Source: Mobula hypostoma (Eukaryota). Taken from it: a stretch of DNA of 64,000 nt. The stretch's first letter is position 1, and every line of letters starts with the position of its first letter. The stretch is from positions 79,982,001 through 80,046,000 of the forward strand of contig NC_086097.1 of NCBI RefSeq assembly GCF_963921235.1. Direction: 5' to 3'. The translations under genes and the position numbers were made by a program. This document shows positions 37,300 to 49,800 of this stretch, piece after piece. The notes under the pieces are model-generated. The model saw only the letters and a list, made by a program, of their open reading frames with translations. It ran no database searches and was not told the DNA's origin.

Positions 37300-38970
37300 C
37301 ACAAAAGAGAATGCAGATGCTGAAAATCTGGAGGAACTCAGCAGGTCTGGTAGAATCTATGGAGGATACTGAACAGTCAACATTTCAACCTGAGACCATA
37401 CAACAGGACTGGAAAGAAAGATGACAGAAGCCAGAATGAAAAAGTGGGAGGAATGGGAACAAGTACGAGCTGGTGGGTGATAGATGAAACCAGGTGAGGG
37501 GGAATGTAGGTAGGTAGGAAGGGAAGTGGGATTGATGTAAGAAGCTAGGATGTGATAGGTGGAAGAAACAAAAGGCTGAAAAAGTAGGAATCTGTTAGGA
37601 GACAATAGAATAAAGGGAAGGAGATGAGGAGCCAGTGGGAGGAAGGTGTGAATGAAGGCATAGGAGAGAAAGAAAATGGGTAAAAGGGCCAGAGAGATGA
37701 GGGAAAACAAAATGGGGAAGTAAAGGTGAGTGGTTACAAGAAGTTAGCAACTTTAAAATTCCTCGGTGTTATCATTTCAGAGGACCTGTCCTGAGCTCAG
37801 CATGTAAGTACAATTACGAAGAAATCACGTCAGCAAATTTACTTCCTTAGAAATTTGCAAAGATTCAGCATGACATTTAAAACTTTGACAAACTTCTCTC
37901 TATGTGTGGTGGAGAGCATACTGACTGGTTGTATCACAGCCTGGTAAGGAAACACTAATGCCTTTGAACAGAAAATCCTACAATAAGTCATGGATATGAC
38001 CTAATCCATCACAGATAAAGTACATTTACATGGATTGCTGTCACAGGAATGCAGCATGCATCATCAGGGAACCCCACCACACAGGCCATGCTCTTCTCTC
38101 ACTGCTGCCATCAAGCAGGTGGTACAGGAGCCTCAGGACTCTCATCAACAGGTTCAAGAACAGTTATTACCCTTCAACCATCAGGTTTTTGAACCGGTGA
38201 GAATAACTGCACTCTACTTCACCTCCCCCATCACTGAACTGTTCCCACAACCTATGGACTCACTTTCAAAGGTTCTTCGTCTCATGTTCTTGATATTTAT
38301 TGCTTGCTTGCTTGCTTATTTATTTATTTATTTATTTATTTTTGCTATTTGTGCAGTTTGCTGTCTTTTGCATATTAGTTGCTTGTCCACCTTGTTGGAT
38401 GCCATCTTTCACTGAGTCCATTATGGTTCTTGAATTTACTGAGTATGCCTGCAAGAAAACAAATCTCAGGGTTGTATACGGTGACAGATATGTACTTTGA
38501 TAATAAACTTACGTTACACTTTGAACTTAGAAGAGAAATTGATTTTGATGCCCTCAGGTGGGAGATTATCAAGACAGATACGAGGTGTAGTCTTTCTCAT
38601 GTGTCTAGCCTTAATTTAACAGTAGAAAAGACCATCGACAGACATGTCAGTGTGAGAATGGGATGTGGAATTAAAATGGCTGGCCACTGGAAGATCCTTG
38701 CTGTTAAAGCACATGGAGCAAAGGTGCTCAACGAAGCAATTTCCAAATCTATGTCAGGCTACACTGGGAGCACTGGATACAATAAATGACACAGATGGAT
38801 TTACATCTCAAGTGCTACCTCACTTGTTCAGGGCCATGAATGGTGGTGTGTTGGGAGGGGAGGGGGTAGGGGGTTGTAGTGTTAGATTAGCTGCAGAGTG
38901 AAGTGCCAGGTGAGGGATCAGTGGGGAGGGAAAAGCAGGAAAGGGAATCACGGAGAGACCCAATCCCTGT
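37300..38970 (-). mobile_element. Decayed Penelope-like element with nested Rex1 fragment (~37750-38527, +)
   Basis: pLTR-like 37300-37745; endonuclease remnant 38530-38830; the Rex1 piece contains ESILTGCITAW. Confidence 0.65.
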
Positions 38971-39587
38971 TAAGCATTTTGGCATAACGTTTTCTACAAT
39001 TATCTAGAAAAATATGCACCATTGTTAAACTGATATTAAAATAAACTGTAGAAATTATACCAAACTATATGGGCTATTTTAACAATGATGTAGATATTCT
39101 CATACAATTGCATTATATGCGATGCAGAGGTGCTGCAAGGTTGTATGCATATGGCGGTAGTTTGTCAAAGTCTGGCATAAACCTCAGCAGTCAAGCTGAG
39201 ATCAGGAGCCTGCCAACAACACAGAATTAAAATAATTTTTCATTCCTTACACAACCTGGTACAGAGATTGTAGTGTTAAAAACACAAAAATAATTAGAAG
39301 CTATTTGAAATACATCCTGCATTTAGACTGATTATAAAATTTTCTACCATTTTACTACTGAGTGTTTTCCTTAACAGTGTAAAATCCACTGTACTACTGT
39401 TCTCTATGAATTCAGAGAATTATGACAGAAGTAACAGGGACGAGGGCTTGTCTTCATTTCTTTTTTTGATCTTGACTTTGAAGTCACAAAATAGAAATTT
39501 TACAATCTATTCCACAACCAACTTTTTAAATACCTCCAGACATGATCAATTATTTCATACGACATGAGTAAAACATTAAAAGATCTA

Positions 39588-39815
39588 AAGCAACACACAC
39601 AAAATGCTGGAGGAACTTGGTAGATCAGGCAGATCTACGAAAATGAATAGGTAGTTGATGTTTCATGCCAAGACCTTTCAGCTCTAAAGAAGAATCTCAG
39701 CCCAAAACGTCGACTGTTTACTCTTTTCCATAGATGCTACCTGACCTTCTGGATTCCTCCAACATTTTACATGTGTTGCTTTGGATTTCCAGTATCTGCA
39801 GACTTACTCGTGTTT
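39588..39815. mobile_element. Short Penelope-derived foldback element
   Basis: Inverted pLTR halves; TSD atta(a/g)aagatcta (39575-39587, 39816-39828). Confidence 0.75.
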
Positions 39816-40099
39816 ATTAGAAGATCTATCCTGCAACAATTTATATATGATTTGTTGATATGAATTTTCTGATAAGTTACAATAAGCTGCAGTCAAGTCA
39901 TATTTCAGCTAAGTGAAATGTCTCTAACTTGAAATATATGAGGGCAAAGACTGAAGTGGCTTTAACCACCTCCAATTGAGAGCCATGCAGGAAGACAGTC
40001 AGTTGTTGATTGTGCAGAGGATCAAAAACAAGATTATATGTGACAGAGCTGAAAATAAGCCAAGTCAGTGTACTGTTAAGAAAGTAACAATCCATATAA

Positions 40100-42600
40100 A
40101 TCTGTACAAATGGGTTAAATTAATGATGTTGCCAACTGAAAGTAGTGGGTGGTAGTAGATGGAGTGAATTTTGCCTGGAGGTCAGTGACCAGTGGTGTTC
40201 CACGCGGATCTACCTGGGACTCCTGCTCTTTGTGATTTTTTTAAATGATTTGGATGAGGAAGTAGAAGGATGGATTAGTAAATTTGCAGATGACACAAAG
40301 GTTAGTGGTGTTGTTGATAGTATAAGAAGTTGTTGTAGGTTATAATACGACATTGATAGGATGCAGAGCTGAGCTGAGAAGTGGCAGACGGAATTTAATC
40401 CTTTAAAGTGTGAAGTGATACACTTTGGAAGGTCAAACGTGAAGACAGAGTACAAAGTTAATGGCAGGATTCTTAGCAATGTAGAGGAATACTGGAATCT
40501 TGGGGTCCAGGTCCATGGATCCCCAGAGTTGCTACACAAGTTCACAAGGTGGTTAAGAAACTCTGAGTTATAAAACTCTGTTTACACTACACTTGGAGTA
40601 TTGTGTTCAGTTCTAGTCACCCCATTATAAGAAGGATGTGGAAGCTTTACAGAGGGTGCAGAGGGAGGAAAGGTTAAGTGAGCTGGAACTTTTCACTTTG
40701 GAGCAAAGGAGGATGAGAGTTGCCTTGATAGGTGTACAAGATGATAAGAAGCATGCCTTTTTCTCAAGATGAAAATGTCAAAATCAAGAGAGCTTAATTT
40801 TAAGGCAACTGAAGGTAAGGGGGGATGATGATTTAGAGAATGTCAAAGGTACTTTTTTTTTTACACAGAGAGTAGCAACTGGAGGGTGATCTGGCTTTGC
40901 CGAACTTTAGATCTTACTATTGGGCAATTAATATTCGATATTTAAAATTTTGGTCATGGGACTTGGACATAATTTCAAGTCCACATCGGGTAAATTTTGA
41001 ATGTAAATCTGTACAAGGGTTTTCACTGGGTTCTATCTTAGGAACTTCGCTTCCCTTTACTCTTTCTAAATTGCATAAACAAATGGATAATCCAATAGTT
41101 AAATATACTTTATGAATATGGTTTCAATTTTGAAAAATTTTTGGGTTGAATCAATTAATTCTAGCAAGCCCTATTATATCTAATTTTTTTTCAACCCTCT
41201 ATTTGGCTTGGAAAACCAAAGGTATATTACAATTTTGTGATCTATTTTTGGATAATTGTTTCATGTCCTTTGAACAATTATCTAATAAATATAATTTGCC
41301 TAGATCCCATTTCTTTAGATATTTACAGATTAGAAATACTGTTAAATACTGTTCTTCCTACCTTCCCGAATCTATATCCAACGGCTGTTTTGGAAAAAGA
41401 TTTAGATTTAAATCCTTTTCAGAAAGGTATAATAGCAACTATTTATAATATAATTATGAAAATACATCCAGACGTATCTAATAAAATTAAGAATGACTGG
41501 GAAAGGGAGCTTAAGCTTACTTTACCTATTGAAAAATGGGAAAAATTCTTCAATTAGTTAACTCATCCTCTATATGTGCTAAACATCTGTTGATACAGTT
41601 TAAAGTAGTACATAGGGCCCATATGTCTAAGGATAAATTAGCTCATTATTACTCCCAAATAAATCCTGTATGTGATAGATGCCACTCTGAGATAGCTTCT
41701 TGAACTCATATGTTTTGATCATGTTCTTTTTTGAAAAAATACTGGAAAGAGATCTTTGATATTATTTCAACTGTTCTGAGTATTGATTTACAACCTCATC
41801 CTATCACTCCAATTTTTGGTTTACCAACGATAGAACCAAATCATTTAACCTCTTCAGCTCGTCGGTTGATTGCATTTCTTACATTAATGGCTAGAAGATG
41901 CATTTTGCTGAATTGGGAAGAGATCAATCCTCCCACCACATTTCATTGGTTCTCTCAAATTTTGTTGTGTTTAAATTTAGAAAAAATTAGAAGTGTCATT
42001 TATGATCCTTCTATTAAATTCGAAACGACTTGGAGGTCATTTATTCAACACTTCCATCTGATGTAATTTGACCTTTTCCAAATCTATTCTATTTCTTTTA
42101 AATATATGCAGAGAGGAACGGAGTCAATGACACTAATGGTTCTTTTTAATGTTACACAACAGCCCATGTCTTTTCTTTTCCTTAGTTTAGTTGGTTAGTA
42201 TTGTTTAGTTTAGCTTTTTTGGGGGGTATTTTTTTTTCTTTTTCCTTTTTCACGCTATTTCTGTTTTTTTTGGTATATTATATTTGTATTTTGTACGATT
42301 TTGGGAGGTTTAATACCTGTGTGCCAATTGAGTTTGTATTTATATAGGTTAATTATTAACAATGTAATCTCAATAGCTTTGTATTAATACTATGTTATGT
42401 TTATCATTTTGATATTAATAAAAAGATTGAAAAAGAAAGAAAAGTAGCACTACATGGAACATGCTGCCAGGCAGAGGGAGATACATTAGGCACATGGATA
42501 AGAGAAAGATCGAAGGCTTTGTGAGAAGAAAATGTTAAATTGAGTTGGGTAAAAGCTTGGTTCAACATTGTAGACCATAGTGCCTGTACTGTGCTGTTAA
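40100..42600 (+). mobile_element. Decayed CR1 split by an L1 insertion
   Basis: WISKFADDTK at ~40270; CR1 stops near FFTQRV (~40870) and resumes after 42443. Confidence 0.8.
40878..42442 (+). mobile_element. 5'-truncated L1-clade LINE
   Basis: LALPNFRSYYWA, HFFRYLQIR, QFKVVHR, CDRC...HMF, LEKIR; A-rich tail; short TSD agtagca. Confidence 0.88.
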
Positions 42601-42869
42601 CAATAAGACAATATCGGTATGAAATTTATATTACCTTCAACCTGTCTGCACAGCTTATAGCCAGTCTGTATGTCTGAGAACAGTAGTCCATTGTTCTGGC
42701 AGTTGGTCTAAATGAAGTGAAATATAGGTGGAAGGCAGAATGGATATCCTGTTCTCAGAGAAGGCACTCCAGAAGGAAATGAGAGCAGGAACAGCAGAGA
42801 ATATTAGGAGTTAAAGCACTGAAAAGGAGAATGCAGTCCAAAAAGTAGATGAGAGTCACAAGAAATGTT

Positions 42870-43310
42870 GCACATACTGGAACTCTTGAGCAACACACAT
42901 AAATGCTGAAGGCATTCAGCAAATCAGACAGCATCTACAGAGGAAAATTAAACAATATTTGGGCTGAGACTTTACATCAGAACTGGAAAGGAAGGAATGC
43001 AGAATAAGGTGGGGGAAGAGAGGAGTACAAGCTGGCAAGTGATAGGTGAGACTAGGTGAGGGGGAAACTGTATGGGTAGGGAATGATGTGAGAAAACAAA
43101 AAGGGCTGAAGAAGGAATCTGATATGAGTGGACAATAGATTGGGGAATAAAGGGAAGGAAATAGGGAACTAAACGAAAGTCATGAGGGCAGGGAAGGAGA
43201 AAGGAAGGGGTGAGAGGGCCACCAGAATTCAAGGGATAAGGAAAAGCGGAGAGGGAACAGAGTTCAACCAAAAGTTCAAGAAATCAATGTTCATGCCATC
43301 AGGTGTGAAG
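42870..43310 (-). mobile_element. Decayed Penelope pLTR/tail
   Basis: Similar to the reverse complement of 22590-22998. Confidence 0.6.
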
Positions 43311-43714
43311 TCTACTTGCTCTCTCAGCCTATATATATATATATATATATAGACAGTAACGTGACCCAGTTACAACTACAATTTCTTATGCCTAATATGT
43401 GTAGTACAAATAAGCAGCATATTTTATCCTATTAATGTCCTAACCATAAACATCTCTCACAATTACATGTAACATTTAAGTGTTACCAATTAAGTGCATC
43501 GTACTTCAAACGTTAAGACTTCTTACAATTCATTACTTCGGTGGTCTTTGTTTGTGCTTATAACATTCAAAATGCTTTTAGCACTTCATGGTGTTATTTA
43601 TCTGCACTCTAATTTAACAACCTCAAGCTCCACTGAAAATGCTTTTTGACTAAATAAGTACAGTACATTTAAAGGATAAGCAACTGACGTAACGTAGAAA
43701 ACAGACATCCAATT

Positions 43715-43960
43715 TGCTCACAACAAATTCCCTCGAACAGCAATGTGACAATAACCAGATAAACTGTTTTTAAGATGTTGCTTGAAGAATAAATATTGGA
43801 GAGGATACCTAGGATAACCCTCTTATTCCTGTTCCAAATATGTCATTGGATATTTTACTGTACAACCATCTGATATGGAAGACAGGACTCAGTTTATCAA
43901 AAAAATAATAGTTCAGATAATACTACACTGGAGTGTAAAACCAGATTTTGGGCTTAACTT
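43715..43960 (-). mobile_element. Ancient Deu-domain SINE (AmnSINE/SacSINE-like)
   Basis: acagcaatgtgacaataaccagataaactgtttt...taaatattgg...tacactggagtgt resembles the reverse complement of the DeuSINE core as recalled. Confidence 0.65.
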
Positions 43961-44213
43961 TCAACAATAAGTATTTACCTTTTATCTTTGTTGTAATCTG
44001 TCAATTAACTTTCTCTTAATAGACAGGTATGCATTTTCATTCCATTTAGATAACTTTATTTTAAGCAAGCCTCTTTCCAAGCCTGAATAAGTAACTTTCT
44101 GATTATCCATATATGACATTTATAGCATCACCTTTACCTATTTCATTAGTTGTTTCTTCAAGACAATATTTATATATTTCGGAAGGAGTTTTGTCAAATT
44201 TTCAATCTCTCAC

Positions 44214-45570
44214 TGCCACACCAGTGCTCAAGAGCAGGGTGAGCTGCCTGAACAACTATTACCCAGTTGTACTGATATCTATGATGAAGAGTTTTGAGAG
44301 GTTGATCGTGGCCAGAATTAACTCCTACCTAAGCAGAGACCTGGACCCGCTGCACTTCGCCTACTGCCACAATAGGTCTATAGCGGATGCAATCTCATTG
44401 GCTCTCCACTCAGTCTTAGATTACCTGGACAATAGCAATACCTACACCAGGTTGCTGTTTATTGATTACAGCTCAGCGTCTAACAGCATCATGCCCTCGG
44501 TACTCACCAACAAGCCTCAAAACCTGAGGTACCTCCCACTGCAACTGGATTCTCGACTTCCTCATCGGAGACCATAGCCAGTGCGATCAGAAATAACATC
44601 TCCTCCTTGCTGACAATCAACACTGTCACAACTCAAGGATACATGCTTAGCTTGCTGCTCTTCTCACTCTACACCCATGACTGTGTGGCTACGCACAGCT
44701 CAAACACTATCTACACTATCTACATATTTGATGATGACACAATGTTATCGGCAGAATCTCAGATGGTGAAGAGAAGGCATACAGGAGTAATTGGCTGATT
44801 GAGTGCTGTCACAGCAGCAACCTTGCACTCAACGTCTGTAGGACCAGGGAACTGATTGTGGACTTCAGGAAGAAGAAATCGAAGGAACACCACCAGTCCT
44901 CATCAAGGGATCAATTGTGGAAATGGTAAGCAGTTTCAAGTTGCAGGGTATCAATATCTCAGAAGATCTATCCTGGGCCCAACATATTATTGCAATTATG
45001 AAGAAGGCATTTCAGTGGCTATATTTCATTAGGAGATTGAGGAGATTTGGTATGTCACCAAAGACTCCAGCAAATTTCTACAGATGTACAATGGGGTGTA
45101 TCTAACTCATTGCATTACTGTCTGGTATGGAGGGGCCACTGCACAGGATCAGAAAAAGCTGCAGATGGTTGCAAACTTGGTCAGCTCCATCATGGGCACT
45201 AGCCCCCAACCCCAGCATCGATGACATTTTCAAAAGTTAATGATTTCTAAGAGATGGCATCCATCATTAAGGACCACCAACACTCAGGACGTGCTCTCTT
45301 CTTATTACTACCATCAGAGAGGACTTAAAGGATCCTGAAGATGCACACTCAACATTTAAGGAACAGCTTTTACACCTCTGCCATCAAATTTCTGAATGGA
45401 CAATGAACCGGCCTATAAGCACTACTGCTCTCCTTTTGCACTACTGATATAATTCAATTTTTTAAAGTGTAGTTCGTATTGTAATTTATAGTTTTTTATG
45501 TTTTGCACTGTATTTCTGCCACAACATAACAAATTTCACAATATGTCAGTGTTATTAAACCTGATTCTGG
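44214..45570 (+). mobile_element. Rex1/Babar LINE, decayed
   Basis: CLNNYYPV, LDPLHFAY, FIDYSSA; 3' tail aaacctgattctg. Confidence 0.9.
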
Positions 45571-46069
45571 TTTAAATTTCTTCACTGGAGCTAAATATAC
45601 TAATGTTTTGCTGGCAATTCTGCTGAGAACTACTTATAATACCCACTGCACTGCTAGCTTGTCTCCAGTTTCCTCATTCATACACTCCAAGGCAAAAGTT
45701 AAAAAGAAAATGGATGTCAGATGTTAAGGCTTGACTGTTAAATTTTTGACTGACCCTCAAAAGTAGTACAAAAATACTGAGCTGAGTGGTGAAATAATTT
45801 TTGACTGTGACTCTCTGCTTATGCCAGGAATAAGTTGACATATGTTCACATTGGTTTAAATGGGTTTTCCAACTTTCAGTGAAAAGTCAAGCGCAGGTAA
45901 GAGGTTTTATTTTATTTTACTTCCCATTTTTAATTCATTTAAATTTTAAGTATTTTTGTTTTGTATTAGTATTTACTGAATGAATTATTTTTAAATATCT
46001 CTGATTATTAGATACACTTTTTATTAATAGATACACAAGGATACATATTTACAACTGTGTAGCTAAGTT

Positions 46070-46900
46070 TAGCTCAAACACCATCCATAAATTTGCCAGT
46101 GACATTATTGTTGTTGGAAGAATCTCAGATGATGAAGAGGCATACAGGAATGAACCAGATAAACTGTTTGAGTGGTGCCATAACAATACCTTGCACACAT
46201 CAGCAAGACCATGAAATTAATTATGAACTTCAGGAAGGGGAAGGTAGGACAACATATACAAGTCCTCACTAAGGAGTCAGCATTGGAAAGGGGTAAGCAG
46301 CTTCACCTCCAGGATGTCAACATTTTTGAGGATCTATGTTGGGCCGAAATCAACAATTAAATCACGAAGAACGGACACCAGAAATGACACAGAAGTGGCA
46401 CCTGCCTCATTAGGAGTTTGAGAAGATTCAGTATACCATCAAATATTCTTATAAATTGCTATAGATTTATGATGGAGAGCATCCTGACTGGTTGCATAAC
46501 TGCCTGGTATGGAGGCTCCAATGCACAGAATTGCAAGAAACTGCAGAGGACTGTAGACTCAGCCACGTCTATTTCAGCACAATTGTCACCATCATTGAGG
46601 TCGTGCTCAAGAAGTGGTGCCAGTATCCATCACTAAGGATTCTTACCAGCAGGGACATGCCCTCTTCTTGATACTATTATCAGGGAGAAAGTATAGAAGA
46701 TGGAAGACCCACACTCAACAATTCAGAAGAAGTTTCTTCCCCTCCACAATCAAAATTCACGAATACTATCACAATATTTTCTGTATTAGGTAGTTATTTT
46801 CGTAATTTATAATAATGTCATTCCTTTGTCGTTCTTTCACTGCTGCAAAACAACAAATTTCCTATCAACTAAATCGGTGATAACGAATCTGAATCTGATA
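46070..46900 (+). mobile_element. Rex1/Babar LINE fragment, decayed
   Basis: MESILTGCITAWYGG; tail gaatctgaatctga. Confidence 0.8.
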
Positions 46901-48908
46901 AAGGATTTTGCCAGCAGGAAGTTGTCTAAAAGCTATCAGATCTATTAAAGATGGGCATCAAGGTGTTAATATTGCTCAGCGGTCGCTTGGATTGCGTGGA
47001 CTCGGCATGATCTAGTAAAGTTATATTGGTAGAATGCTCTGGCATTGGAATTAAACTATGACATACAAAAACAGAATGAGCACCAAGGAGAAAATAAATT
47101 GGTGCAGCAAAATGGTAATTAAAATGTTAATAGACAAGGAAATTGCAAAAAGGCAGTGGCTTACTTTTGTGCTAGAATGGTGCAGAATATTAAAAAATAT
47201 CTGTGTTTCCAAATAGATAATTTTAGTGTTTAATATTTCAGTAATAATGTAAATATATTGTTCGATTAAGCAAACAATATATTACTGTTTATATAATTCA
47301 TTATGTAAGAAATACAGTACGTGAATGGCATACATGATTACACTACCACATCATAAAGAAAAAGAAACTAAGCAGACAAGATCCCGACTCGTGTTTTCCT
47401 TTCAATTAATTTCTGGAACTACAAAACATAAAATAATCACAAGGAACTACTAATATAAAAGAGCTAAAAAATCAAGTTCAAACTTCATAAGTATTCCTTC
47501 TAAAGACCACATATAATTCATCTTATCCTGGACAAATCATCATAAAAATTAATTTACTTTTATTTCTGGAGATCAATTCAAACCATTCTCTTTGCTCATA
47601 AAACCAACAAACTTTTGGCATGATCAGCGCTGGTGTGAAAGCTCAACTATCAAAAATGAACAGTGTGCTAAAGTCTGTACATCAGAATTTGGCTACATAT
47701 CAGTAGACTTAAAATGGAAAATACTGTTAAAATAAGGCTTACAAAATGATGAGCACAAGCTTTATTTTTGTATTTTAATTTAGAAGTATGAACTATACAC
47801 ATTTTGGTTTCCTAACATCTAACATATTTCACACACAAAACTATCAGCTGAGGTCATGAGTCTTGGAAAGCTAAAAATTAATAAAAATACCTCTGTTTCA
47901 TCAAAAGATTTTGTGGACTCTTTCATACAAGTATATACAAGACATAGAATTCAGCTCTAGAATTCAATTAATCCTTTTTCTTCCTACCTCAGTTGCCAAC
48001 TAATTTGATTTCCCATTCTCAACAAAGTATTTGGAACATATGACCAAGATTTTAAAAATGTCATTCTTTTTTTCAAATCCTCTTTGGCACTAATCCTTCC
48101 ATCTCTGTATTCTTTATGAGCTCTGTAACCTTCTGAATCATCAGCACTCCTCTAATTCTTGTCTTTTGGACATTCTATCATCACTCACTGTGCCCCACTT
48201 CCTGATTCCTAACTCCAGAATTCATACCTAACCATTCTTTGCCTCTGTTTCCACCTTTAGGTGTTTTTCAGCAGTATCTGGGAAATGTATCAAACATCTG
48301 GACAGTTTCCATGCCACTGTATCAAATTTTATTTCATTATGCTCCTTTAAAGAACCTTCAATATTTTACTTGATAAAAAGCACTATATAAATGCACTTTA
48401 TATTGCAAGGAAAGAATACGAACCAAATTTAAACTACATTCCAGCAGTTCTATAATAGTAAGTCCGGCAAAACAAGTTTTGGCTTTCAAAATAAGGAGCA
48501 CATAGCCTCTCATATCTACCTCTTTAATGCAATATACTGGAGTTGAATTCCTAATATTTTCTCTACACATAAAATATACAAAACTGTCAGTCAGGTTCAG
48601 GAGTTCAGTATGAATTAATAAAAATACATCTGTTCTAAAGCAACCCAAGAAAGATAACTAAAAATATATAACACATGAAATATGTTGGAATGAGGCAGAT
48701 AACTAATGTATAACATTGCAAACAATCTAAACGCTGCATCATGAAATGAAGCAATTTTTATTTTTGTTGAGTATGAAGGAAGAAAATACATGGAACCAGA
48801 TAAACAGATATAAAATTGTTGACCAGAAAGAACTACAATCTACAAATCAGCTAACACGAATGAGGAGAGGGCAGTGGAAATAGAGAAAGCAAAAATCTTT
48901 GTACTTAC

Positions 48909-48937
48909 CATGTGGTTGCAGGAATGGAGGCAGCCAT
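48909..48937 (-). CDS. Candidate first coding exon of an unidentified host gene (MAASIPATT + 2 nt)
   Basis: Minus strand reads cacaaaATGGCT...ACATG|gtaagtac: strong Kozak context and a consensus donor, in non-repetitive sequence. Confidence 0.35.
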
Positions 48938-49800
48938 TTTGTGAACTATTTGTTAAAATTTTCAAGGATAACTTGATTAAAGCAACTGAACGTAGACAGA
49001 AGAAATTTCTGCTGATGATCTGCTAAACCTGAGGCCATTCTCAGATAAGAGGCCGTTTGTTATGTAAAGTGACAGGCATGCAGAAGGAACAGCCTGTGAG
49101 CTTGCCATCTGGGTCCAGTGTTTGGCTGACCTGGTTTAACTGATTTGAACCAATCTGAGTTCAACAAAACAAAGAACATTTACCTAGGTCACAAGCCTAA
49201 AGGAAACAGTTATAAAGCAATATTGCTTGTAACCTTGAGCCAGATCACATGAGAACTAATACAGGTCAGTTAGACAACCTGGAACCAACAAAATTGAAGC
49301 ATCATAGATTGATCTGATAAGAAAGGTATAAGAATAGAGGACTTCAGGAGTGCAGACAGTGACAACTTTATGGAGACCAACAATTGCAGAAGTAGATGAC
49401 CTCACGTCAGAAAAGTGGAGATTATATTAGTATCAAGAAAAACTAAAGGCCAGCATATACTCCTTTTCCCAGGTATTAGCATTTCTCTTCTTTGATTGTT
49501 CGTGGAGGGTCCAGAGAACTTCATGGGTGTAGTTGTATAAATTCATATGTCTGTTAGCTGAGCCAATAGAGGTACCTGTCCGTAAATACAGATTCTCTAT
49601 GTGCCTAACTGATCATTATTGAGGGGTAATCCTTGGAACAAATTTATCTTTGTTGTGTTCTTTAGTCTTCATGCCAGAATTCATCATATTCCCTTCACTC
49701 TCATTACGTGACCTGGATTTTTTGGTTGTAACAGTAGCATGATGGCCTTGGAATCTTCATTATACTGCATGAGCAACAGAAAGTTGAAAAGCTTTTGTGT

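Noticed and set aside
47200..47432. Possible solo LTR
   Set aside because: Termini and TSD could not be defined.
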